The position numbers and the translations under genes are program-made. This document shows positions 46,598-54,941 of a stretch of 64,000 nucleotides of DNA, piece after piece (positions within the stretch are counted from its first letter, which is position 1; each line of letters starts with the position of its first letter). Location of the stretch: the IMG/VR virus record IMGVR_UViG_3300005537_000001, positions 248,001-312,000 of that record. The stretch is one strand, 5' to 3'. The notes under the pieces were generated by a model. That model was not told the DNA's origin. It saw only the letters and a program-made list of their open reading frames with translations, and did no database searches.

Positions 46598-49500
46598 AAT
46601 CAATAGTATTGACAGAAGGCATCGATCATATTGAAGATTTGCCACCTCAGCAATTCATTCGCACAATAGAAGCTCTGAAAGATAAAATTATAACTGAAAA
46701 ACTGGATGGAACTGCACTTCGGTTTGGAATCGATGATGCTGGATTCTTTACATCTAGAGAAGGTAAATCCCCCAAGCGTGGTCGGTTCTACAGCGTTGAT
46801 GATTATCCATCAACAGCCAATTCTAACTCATTCCGCGCGGCCCACGTAGCCTTGGAAAAGGTCGAGCCGATAATTAGAAAGTATCTAAAATCCGGAGATA
46901 CGGTTGAAATTGAAGTACTGTTTGGTCGTCAGCCCAACACCGTAACCTACGGTCACGATGGAAAAAATTTCATCGTTCTTCTGCGCGGAGTGAATGGCAC
47001 ACCAGATGAGCGAGTTAGCAACTTAGCAGGCGCGCTCAAGGATAAGATTGTTTCGGCAGAGTCCGAAGTAATTTCATCACCAGATGGTGATAAGCTTGAA
47101 GCTAAAAGTGAAAAATCTAATTGGCAGTTCACAAACGTAGCTCCAATTCAAGCTGAAAAGATAAACACAAAGCAGGCGCTAGAGATGCTTGCAGAATTGA
47201 AAGCCTACATGGCCCAAAAGAATGAAGCATTTCCGGATAAGACAAATGCTGAAGTAGCTGAACTTGTTCTTACCGGTGTTCCAAAGGAGCAGCGTGGGTC
47301 GGCAAAAGCTGAGCGCGAAAAGGTAAACGCGCACATCATGGATAAATTCAAGAATCCGATCAAGGAGCTGCTGCTCAATCACTTTGTGCGAAAGATAAAA
47401 CCGTTCCTTCAGGATAAGAAGCTTGGTAAGGGTGAGGACATCGGCGTTGAGGGTGTAGTTGTTCGCGACCCAGTTACCGGCAGTCAAACGAAGATCGTTG
47501 ACAAGGATGTGTTTACCGCGATCAACACTTTCAACTCCGCTGTTCGCAACAACATTTCGGGACTTGTAAGAACGACTGATGAGAAGGCGCCAATCGAGAT
47601 GCGAGGTGGTGCTTTTGGTCAAGCGAAGATAAAAATCGCTGAATTATTGGGAGCGCATGAGCTGGCTCTATCATCAGCCATGAAGCGCTATATTTCTCAA
47701 TACAAAGGTTCTGATGAGGCAGCTACAGCCCTTAACGTTGCTAAACATCTCAGCATTACCAGCTTACCGGCTGTCCGCACCAAAATTTCCGGCATTCTAA
47801 CGGGTGTCGTGAAGGAGGTCAACACTATTCTTCAGGGATTCAAGAAGGAAGCTGGTGAGTTTAAGCTTCAACTTAAAACCGGTAAAGAAATTGGTATCAG
47901 CTCGGAGATCATGAAGCGAACGCTTACCGCCTTTGCTGAAACAAAGAAAGAAATAGCTGAAGTAAATTCTAACGTTCTGCATAGTCGCACGGCAGCAGAC
48001 CTCATAATGGCGCTGTATGGCAAGACGATAAGTCAGATCTTCAGTGAAGGAGAATCAAAGGTGAAGGAAGAATTTGAATTAATCCGTTCTGCAGATGCGA
48101 TAAATGAAGCCGACAGCGTAAAGCGCGAAGCATTTAAAAAGGTTAAGGAGCTTCAAGATAAAAATCCTGAGGCTCGAGTTTCCTGGAATGTAGTAAAGGG
48201 TGTAGCGACGGTATATCTTGGAACCAAAAAGGTTTGGTCAAAACCACTAGCTGAAGCTGGTGGGGTTGGTGCTAGTGCCGCAGGCGGCATGGGTTCAGGT
48301 AATGGAGCTATGGCTGCAGGTGGTGCCATAGGCGGATCTGGCTATGGTGGTGCGTTTAGCGGTGGGCACGGTAGCACAGGTCCAGGATTTTCTGGTGGAC
48401 GTGGTGGTAGCTTAGGTGGAAAATCTTCTGGAGGTAAGGAGGCGCGTATGTCTGATCCTTCAAAATATCTCAAGGAGCCTTCCGAAAAAGAACCTAACGC
48501 AAATCCATTTAAGATGCTCAAGGGTAACAAAATGGTAACCAAAAAAATTCGTAATTTCGTACGGCCGCTTAAATTTCCAATAGTCCAAAAGGAACCAACT
48601 GAAAGAAAGAAGCGCGTCGGCGAGGATGCTGGGGCTGCGACAACTTCAGCTGGAGCTATCGGAAATTTCCAGATGCCTGTTGGCGCGATAGGACCGGGTT
48701 TTGCTGGCACCGGATCAAAAGCTAAATTGCTAAGTAGGATTCCAGTGACTAAAAACAAGAAAAAATATTCTCTAATTTCTGCGGTTAACGAAGATGGATT
48801 CGCCCATCTTTCTGACATGAAATTTGCGGCCAATGTTGATGTTCCAGCTGGAAATGAAGTTGAATTCAATCAAGCTAGAAATCAATCACCTATCGACAAA
48901 ATAACTCCCATGACCGTAGATCGATATCTTAACCGCGCGCATGAAATAAACGACGCGGTTGATACGGTAACGTTTGGCATGGAGGCAGATGATGGATCGG
49001 TAACTAAAATCTACGTCAATGCATCTCAAGCTGATGGTTTTGAAAAGGCTCTGGCCGACATGTTGGGAAGAGAAACAGATCTTGAGCAAGTTGTAAACAA
49101 TCTTGCCAATCGCTTTGACATCGTTGATGTCGAGTGGCCTGATACGCTGAAACAGCAAGTTCAACAGCAACCTTCCGTTCCGCAATCTGATGAAACTCCA
49201 GCTGGTCCAGTAGATACATCTACCGAGCAGCCTACCGCAGACGGCGATGATTCCAACATAAACCTCGACCTTGAGCCAGAACATGCAGATGATGCAGATA
49301 CAGCTGGTGATGGAGAAATCAACCAAGAATTGACTCTTGACGAACCAGAAGAAGATGATGAAGATGATGAAATTGACGATGACGACAGCGATGAGGATGA
49401 GGAGGAACTAAAAGCACCTGATGATGAGCTAGATGATAATGGGGATACTGAGTCGAGCAGCGATGAAGATTCCGATAATGAAGATGAGGACAATGATGAA

Positions 49501-50277
49501 GATGAAACCACCGATGATGAGGGGTTAGAGCGTGATGATTTTGGTCAGCTAGTCGATAAATCCAAGAAGAAAAAGAAGAAGAAAAAAGAAGAAACCACTG
49601 AGGAATCGGTAAAGCTTCAAGAGGCGGTATCATTCGCTAATCCAGCCGCTCAGGCGATAGCTGATATGTTAATCGCGATGGGCTTCGACATTAGCGCAAG
49701 TCGAGCATACTCATATCAAGCTAACCAGCTGATAGACAAAAATTCCCCTGGGCTGCTTGTCGCTCGGTCAACATCTGTAGCAAGCAAGCTTGGCGGTGCC
49801 GCATCAACCTTAGCCGCGGCGCTCAAAGTATCTGGTGGCGGTGCATCAACTCCGGCTAAAACAACGACTACTACGCAAACGGCGACCGCCGCGCCTGCGA
49901 CACCAAAATCAACGCCTACGTTTGCAAATCCGGCGATTCAAATTATCGCAAACATATTGTCGGCGATTGGTTATGATTTAAATTCGACGCACTCATTTAC
50001 CGTTCAAATGAAATCGCTCATCGGTCATAATTCCCCAGGTTTGATCGCGGCTAAGCAGCAAAGCGTGCTGTCAAAGATAAAGGGAGCGCGGGACGCTCTT
50101 GCCGCCGGGCTAAAATCCAGTCCAGGTGCTTCTCCTGGATCAGCTTCAGCTGGATCTCTCGGTGGACCAGATTCTGACGCAGGAAGTGGGAGCGGTTCAC
50201 CGTTAGCAATTACGAACCTATCATCAGGATATTCATTGATCGGTTCCATCATCGCTGAAACAAGTGTAAAAATTTAG
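46585..50277 (+). CDS. large multidomain protein with N-terminal RNA-ligase-like nucleotidyltransferase (DUF6267-like)
   Basis: GIDHIEDL...TEKLDG, EIEVLF, EGVVVRD, KIVDK; Gly-rich linker, D/E tract and two C-terminal repeats; track start is 46567. Confidence 0.8.
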   Translation: MQILKSIVLTEGIDHIEDLPPQQFIRTIEALKDKIITEKLDGTALRFGIDDAGFFTSREGKSPKRGRFYSVDDYPSTANSNSFRAAHVALEKVEPIIRKYLKSGDTVEIEVLFGRQPNTVTYGHDGKNFIVLLRGVNGTPDERVSNLAGALKDKIVSAESEVISSPDGDKLEAKSEKSNWQFTNVAPIQAEKINTKQALEMLAELKAYMAQKNEAFPDKTNAEVAELVLTGVPKEQRGSAKAEREKVNAHIMDKFKNPIKELLLNHFVRKIKPFLQDKKLGKGEDIGVEGVVVRDPVTGSQTKIVDKDVFTAINTFNSAVRNNISGLVRTTDEKAPIEMRGGAFGQAKIKIAELLGAHELALSSAMKRYISQYKGSDEAATALNVAKHLSITSLPAVRTKISGILTGVVKEVNTILQGFKKEAGEFKLQLKTGKEIGISSEIMKRTLTAFAETKKEIAEVNSNVLHSRTAADLIMALYGKTISQIFSEGESKVKEEFELIRSADAINEADSVKREAFKKVKELQDKNPEARVSWNVVKGVATVYLGTKKVWSKPLAEAGGVGASAAGGMGSGNGAMAAGGAIGGSGYGGAFSGGHGSTGPGFSGGRGGSLGGKSSGGKEARMSDPSKYLKEPSEKEPNANPFKMLKGNKMVTKKIRNFVRPLKFPIVQKEPTERKKRVGEDAGAATTSAGAIGNFQMPVGAIGPGFAGTGSKAKLLSRIPVTKNKKKYSLISAVNEDGFAHLSDMKFAANVDVPAGNEVEFNQARNQSPIDKITPMTVDRYLNRAHEINDAVDTVTFGMEADDGSVTKIYVNASQADGFEKALADMLGRETDLEQVVNNLANRFDIVDVEWPDTLKQQVQQQPSVPQSDETPAGPVDTSTEQPTADGDDSNINLDLEPEHADDADTAGDGEINQELTLDEPEEDDEDDEIDDDDSDEDEEELKAPDDELDDNGDTESSSDEDSDNEDEDNDEDETTDDEGLERDDFGQLVDKSKKKKKKKKEETTEESVKLQEAVSFANPAAQAIADMLIAMGFDISASRAYSYQANQLIDKNSPGLLVARSTSVASKLGGAASTLAAALKVSGGGASTPAKTTTTTQTATAAPATPKSTPTFANPAIQIIANILSAIGYDLNSTHSFTVQMKSLIGHNSPGLIAAKQQSVLSKIKGARDALAAGLKSSPGASPGSASAGSLGGPDSDAGSGSGSPLAITNLSSGYSLIGSIIAETSVKI
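49627..50117 (+). repeat. two ~68-aa protein-level repeats
   Basis: FANPAAQAIAD...NSPGL...SKL...LAAALK versus FANPAIQIIAN...NSPGL...SKI...LAAGLK. Confidence 0.85.
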
Positions 50278-50293
50278 TGACTTAGGATATAAT
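50264..50293 (+). promoter_or_regulatory. early promoter GTGTAA-N18-TATAAT
   Basis: Conserved spacing; ATG follows 8 nt later. Confidence 0.6.
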
Positions 50294-50301
50294 CAAGACA
50301 C

Positions 50302-50961
50302 ATGAAGTTTGCCTACCCAGAGTTATCATCACGCAATGAATTAGGAATGAGGGTATATGATACCCCTTCAGGCTGGCTGCCATCAGTAACAACGATATTG
50401 GGAACAACGATGCCGGAAGAGAAGGCCGCTTCGTTGGAGAAGTGGAGAACCTCCCTAGGCAGAGAGAAGGCAGATAAGGTAACGCGTGATGCCGCGAATA
50501 ATGGCACACAAGTTCACAAGCTCATAGAGCGTTTTTTGAAGGGTGAAGAACTATTCCGCGAAGGTGAAGCATTTGAACCGTTAGAAATCTCGGGGTTCAA
50601 CGCGCTCAAGCTTAAGCTGAAGAAAATTGATGAGCTGTGGGGATTGGAAATTGCTTTATACTCTGACCTACTTGCGGTAGCTGGACGGTGCGACTGCGTC
50701 GGAATTTACAAAGGTAAACCGAGCATCATCGACTTCAAAACGTCGATGCGGCTTAAGGGTGAAAAGCAGATAGAGGATTACAAGCTTCAAATATGCGCGT
50801 ACTCCATCATGCACAATGAGATGTTTGGTACTGAAATTACAGATGGTGTAATCTTGATGACATCAGCTGGAGGTTTTCCACAAGAGTTTATCGTGGATTT
50901 AACCAAATATGTTGATCCACTGATCGCTCGAATAGATGAATTCTATCAACGACTTTCATGA
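50302..50961 (+). CDS. PD-(D/E)XK RecB/Cas4-like exonuclease
   Basis: PSVTTIL, GTQVH, GRCDC, IIDFKTS, LQICAY. Confidence 0.9.
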   Translation: MKFAYPELSSRNELGMRVYDTPSGWLPSVTTILGTTMPEEKAASLEKWRTSLGREKADKVTRDAANNGTQVHKLIERFLKGEELFREGEAFEPLEISGFNALKLKLKKIDELWGLEIALYSDLLAVAGRCDCVGIYKGKPSIIDFKTSMRLKGEKQIEDYKLQICAYSIMHNEMFGTEITDGVILMTSAGGFPQEFIVDLTKYVDPLIARIDEFYQRLS

Positions 50962-50971
50962 GGTGATCCAC

Positions 50972-52144
50972 GTGAACAAACTACTGACCTACCTCGCCTC
51001 CTTCGTCCTAGCAATTGGCATCGCCGCTTGCTCGCCAACAAATCAACCTCCAGCTCATATCACCCAAACTATCATCCAAGGCGGTTTGCCCGATTTTACG
51101 CCGATAGTAGATGAGGTGATGCCAGCCGTTGTTACGGTGTTTGTTACGGTTCCAGCTAAAGCTTCCCCTGGATTAGATAATCTAATACCATTTTTCTTTC
51201 AGATCGTTCCCAACGATTCTAAGCCGATAGTTCCCAAGGAACCACAGCTACCAAAAACCGTAACGATGCAAGGTTCTGGATTCGTCATAACTACCGATGG
51301 TTACATCATTACAAATAATCACGTAGTTGATGAAGCTACAAAAATTGCAGTTAGATTTTCAGATAATCGTGAGTATGCCGCCAGAATAATTGGTACCGAT
51401 GAACGATCTGACATCGCTCTGCTAAAGATTGACGGCAAGAATTTTCCGACAGTTAGAATTGGACACTCATCTGCTGTGAAGGTTGGGCAGTGGGTTCTAG
51501 CCATGGGGGCACCGTATGGTTTTGAAGGCACGGTTACAGCCGGAATAGTTAGCGCTAACAATCGATACATGCGCTCCGGTGAGCTTGAACCGTACATTCA
51601 AGTAGACGCGGCCGTTAACCATGGAAATTCCGGCGGAGTTCTAGTTAACATGGCTGGTGAAGTTATCGGCATCAATTCTCAAATTTGGAGCAACAGTGGA
51701 GATTTTAACGGCCTTGCATTTGCTATTCCAATCGATTATGCGATAGATGTTGAAAAGCAGCTGCTTGCTACTGGTCACGTAGTTAGGGGTAGAATCGGTG
51801 TCGTTATACAGTTTGTAGATCAAAAGGAAGCAGATGCTGGTGGGCTGGACAGACCTCGTGGAGCCAAGCTAGCTAGCATTGAAGGTGGCGGACCAGGAGC
51901 TGCGGCCGGGTTGAAGAAAGATGATATCGTGTTGTCGGTTAACAACTCTCCCATTGAAATTCATTCTCAGATGCCGCTGCTTATAAGTAATTTGAAGCCT
52001 GGTTCTGTAGCCGTCCTAAGCGTGTGGCGAAATAAGCGGGCTATCACGGTTAAGGTAAAAGTTGACGAAATGCAAACTACGCTAGCCCAAGATAACAAAG
52101 ACCTTAGGTCGCTTCCAGCTCCAAAGGATGATGAAAAGAAATGA
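50972..52144 (+). CDS. HtrA/DegQ-family serine protease, lipoprotein with one PDZ domain
   Basis: TNNHVV, SDIALL and GNSGG triad; SD GAGGTG before GTG 50972; lipobox IAAC. Confidence 0.93.
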   Translation: MNKLLTYLASFVLAIGIAACSPTNQPPAHITQTIIQGGLPDFTPIVDEVMPAVVTVFVTVPAKASPGLDNLIPFFFQIVPNDSKPIVPKEPQLPKTVTMQGSGFVITTDGYIITNNHVVDEATKIAVRFSDNREYAARIIGTDERSDIALLKIDGKNFPTVRIGHSSAVKVGQWVLAMGAPYGFEGTVTAGIVSANNRYMRSGELEPYIQVDAAVNHGNSGGVLVNMAGEVIGINSQIWSNSGDFNGLAFAIPIDYAIDVEKQLLATGHVVRGRIGVVIQFVDQKEADAGGLDRPRGAKLASIEGGGPGAAAGLKKDDIVLSVNNSPIEIHSQMPLLISNLKPGSVAVLSVWRNKRAITVKVKVDEMQTTLAQDNKDLRSLPAPKDDEKK

Positions 52145-52791
52145 CTGTAATTATCAACGCAACCTTTGCACCCGGCGGTGACGCGGATAAATCTTTCGCT
52201 AATGCCGCCGAAGCGCTGCTTAGAGGTTTAGGTCTTACGATTCACGCTACCACTACCCCCGATGGACACATGGTCATCACCGCGCATCAGAGCGCGTCAG
52301 ATGTTCCTGCTGAAATCACGCCATCCACACCCGAATTAACAATTGATCTGCCAGCTGACAGCGTTATCGCAGCTTCTGAAAATCCACAAGAAGTACCAAC
52401 GCTTGAGCAAGGTGTGGTCGTGTTGAAAAATCTTTCTTCAGCATGCCTCGTGCCATTTAGCGTCGACCGGATGTTACCAGCTACAGTTCTCAAGGTGCAA
52501 GATTTGAGTTCAACTGGTGAACTAATTTCATTTTCGTATAGTGGCATGTCATTTAAAATGCCGCCAACTCGAGGTTATTCACGTACTACTGGCGTCGATG
52601 TGCGCAATAATGCTCCGGAATACACTTATATGTCCATCAGATTGTTGGTTGATTTTGTTGGAACTAATTCCGATATACAACCAATTCTTTTCAAAATTGT
52701 GCAATGTGACGATGGTGAAGCTTCGTGTGTAGTGTTTGGGCAAGACGTTGCGAGTTTAGTTGACGAAATAATGGTTAAAAAGTTTGCGTAA
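52141..52791 (+). CDS. hypothetical protein (216 aa)
   Basis: ATGA overlap. Confidence 0.65.
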   Translation: MTVIINATFAPGGDADKSFANAAEALLRGLGLTIHATTTPDGHMVITAHQSASDVPAEITPSTPELTIDLPADSVIAASENPQEVPTLEQGVVVLKNLSSACLVPFSVDRMLPATVLKVQDLSSTGELISFSYSGMSFKMPPTRGYSRTTGVDVRNNAPEYTYMSIRLLVDFVGTNSDIQPILFKIVQCDDGEASCVVFGQDVASLVDEIMVKKFA

Positions 52792-52806
52792 CCGGCGTAA
52801 CTATTT

Positions 52807-52843
52807 GATAAATATACGCATAGCGCCATCGTTAAAATAAATA
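52807..52843 (+). promoter_or_regulatory. two late-promoter-like motifs (GATAAATA, AATAAATA)
   Basis: At 52807-52814 and 52836-52843, intergenic. Confidence 0.45.
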
Positions 52844-52866
52844 TCCCCACAACGTGCCTCAACAAC

Positions 52867-53130
52867 ATGGATACAAAAATGGAAAATGAACCACTAATTT
52901 TGCAGACGCTTATGGAAATGAAACTCGCGCAGGGACGAGTAGAGCAAAAAGTCGATGATGCTAATCTAAAGCTGAATGCAATTGAAACGCAAACAACAAA
53001 AACAAATGGCAGAGTGAGCGTGCTAGAACGTTGGAAATCTTTCCAAAGAGGAAAGATGGTTATGGTTAGCGCAGTATCTGGTGGTGTAATGGCTGTTCTC
53101 ACGCTACTTGCATACATCAAGTACCACTAA
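52867..53130 (+). CDS. coiled-coil protein with C-terminal TM, holin-like candidate
   Basis: TKTNGRVSVLERW followed by a hydrophobic helix; late motifs upstream. Confidence 0.5.
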   Translation: MDTKMENEPLILQTLMEMKLAQGRVEQKVDDANLKLNAIETQTTKTNGRVSVLERWKSFQRGKMVMVSAVSGGVMAVLTLLAYIKYH

Positions 53131-53166
53131 AATCCGTTGATCGATATCACATAATAGAGAGCGAAT

Positions 53167-53802
53167 ATGCATAGTCCTTTTACCGTAGTACAAGATTTCT
53201 TGTCTCCGCTGCAGTGCGAGAAAATAGTGGACAGCATCCACATCGCTCAGCCGGATGTAGACAAGGATGGTCGCCCGATCAAAATTGAGCGTCATAATCT
53301 TTTCTGGGAACAGGATATTGCAGAGCGCTTTCGAACTATCGTTCCTGAAATTGAAGAGCGATATAACTGCGTGTATCGAGGTTTAGAAAAGCCGATATTT
53401 CAGTATTATCCGGAAAATGCCAAGAATCCAGCTGAGCAGCCAGGCTGTGAGAATTCCAGATACATCCGTAAAAAATGGGTTCAATACAAAGATGTCGACC
53501 TAGTTGGATTTATCTGGCTTAAGGATTTTAACGACAACGTTCCGCTTGATATTCGGCATGAAGTGTTTGGTGGTAAGCTAGAATTCCCAGTTCATAACTT
53601 TAGCCTCGTTCCACAGCGCGGAACGCTGGTGCTGTTTCCAGCTGGACCGCACTTTATCACCGTCATCTCTCCTATCCTCCTTAGCGATTTGTATCAGATT
53701 AAACTTAACGTGGCTATTACCACCCAGGGTGGTGGACGGTGGCTGTATCAACCCGTCAATTTTCCTGGAAAGTGGCAAGAGTGGCTCGCCGGTCACTACT
53801 AA
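53167..53802 (+). CDS. 2OG-Fe(II) oxygenase-fold protein
   Basis: DFLSPLQCE, GGKLEFP, PQRGTLVLFP..PH. Confidence 0.75.
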   Translation: MHSPFTVVQDFLSPLQCEKIVDSIHIAQPDVDKDGRPIKIERHNLFWEQDIAERFRTIVPEIEERYNCVYRGLEKPIFQYYPENAKNPAEQPGCENSRYIRKKWVQYKDVDLVGFIWLKDFNDNVPLDIRHEVFGGKLEFPVHNFSLVPQRGTLVLFPAGPHFITVISPILLSDLYQIKLNVAITTQGGGRWLYQPVNFPGKWQEWLAGHY

Positions 53803-53933
53803 TCGTGCGCTCTAGTGATCAAATCACAGCCTGATTTATACTATCAGGTGTTCCTATCGCCTCGTTTACAGTGAAATTCTGTGTCTTGTATAGAGCATAA
53901 GATCCGTGCGTTTTTCATTATTTCAGGTTGAAA

Positions 53934-53963
53934 GTGTAACCGCGTTGATATTTGTGATAAGAT
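53934..53963 (+). promoter_or_regulatory. early promoter GTGTAA-N18-TAAGAT
   Basis: Conserved spacing, TGTGA before the -10. Confidence 0.5.
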
Positions 53964-53993
53964 GCTTCAATTGAAAGAGCTTGTGGAGACGAT

Positions 53994-54170
53994 ATGAAAT
54001 TTTGGGCAGCGCTTTGTTCATCTTTACTGATGGTCGCTGTTTTGCCATCAGTCAGCCTTATTCATCTTGCGCTGCTGTTAAATCCTTTCTGGTTTCGGAA
54101 GAGCGCTCTTGATGCGTTTTATCGTCATCGCTGGTTGAAATATTTTTCCATCTTCTCGATGTGGGTCTAA
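53994..54170 (+). CDS. 58-aa hydrophobic protein (MKFWAALCSS...)
   Basis: SD GGAG; translated by hand. Confidence 0.5.
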   Translation: MKFWAALCSSLLMVAVLPSVSLIHLALLLNPFWFRKSALDAFYRHRWLKYFSIFSMWV

Positions 54171-54171
54171 C

Positions 54172-54465
54172 ATGAAATCCTACACTGACGCTGTCATCAG
54201 TATCGTTGAGAAGATTAGATCTGCTAATCCACACGATTATCGATCCTATCAGATGTGCACGGCACTGTCCATCGTGTACAATATCCCATACGAAAGTGTG
54301 GCGGAAGATATGGCCGCAGTCAATGCTCGTTTTGATCATCTCGCTAAGGAGCGGGTGAAAGCAGAACGCTCGGCGCAAAATGAATCACGCCGTCTTGCCA
54401 ATATCGCAGCGGGTGGAAAACCGAATAGAGAGCCCAAGCAAAGGAAAATGGATCTTCGAGCGTGA
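54172..54465 (+). CDS. hypothetical protein (97 aa)
   Basis: ORF track. Confidence 0.6.
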   Translation: MKSYTDAVISIVEKIRSANPHDYRSYQMCTALSIVYNIPYESVAEDMAAVNARFDHLAKERVKAERSAQNESRRLANIAAGGKPNREPKQRKMDLRA

Positions 54466-54941
54466 AGCCATTTCCAAAGCTGGATGTGATGAAAAAGAAT
54501 GATGTGCTGGTTAGGTTGGAGCTCCGAAAGTACCATTGGCAGCTCGTAAAGGGCTACATGCACGACGCGAGCAAGCAGATACTTCTCGTCGGCGATCGGC
54601 CGGGTCCAAGCGCGCCGAAGGAACCGTATTACCATCACACTCCTTTCTATTCAACTAAGCATTGTTCTGGTTGGTTGAATCTACTTCTTGAACAAGAAAA
54701 GATACCGGAAAAGAAGCTGGTGTGGATTAACAGCGCTGATGAAAACGGTGAGTACTATCCAATCGCCTTAGCAACAGCGATGAAGCCGAAAAAGATTATC
54801 GCGCTAGGTGGTAAGGCAGCAGCTTGGCTTAGAAAGAACGACGTTAACGACTTTATCGCGGCTCCACACCCACAATATTGGAAACGATTTCACAACAAAG
54901 AAGCTTATCCGCTTATAGAGATTCTTCACAATCTCACGTAA
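54462..54941 (+). CDS. uracil-DNA glycosylase-superfamily protein
   Basis: LLVGDRPG...PF...SG.WL; IIALG..A; PHP. Confidence 0.7.
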   Translation: MKPFPKLDVMKKNDVLVRLELRKYHWQLVKGYMHDASKQILLVGDRPGPSAPKEPYYHHTPFYSTKHCSGWLNLLLEQEKIPEKKLVWINSADENGEYYPIALATAMKPKKIIALGGKAAAWLRKNDVNDFIAAPHPQYWKRFHNKEAYPLIEILHNLT

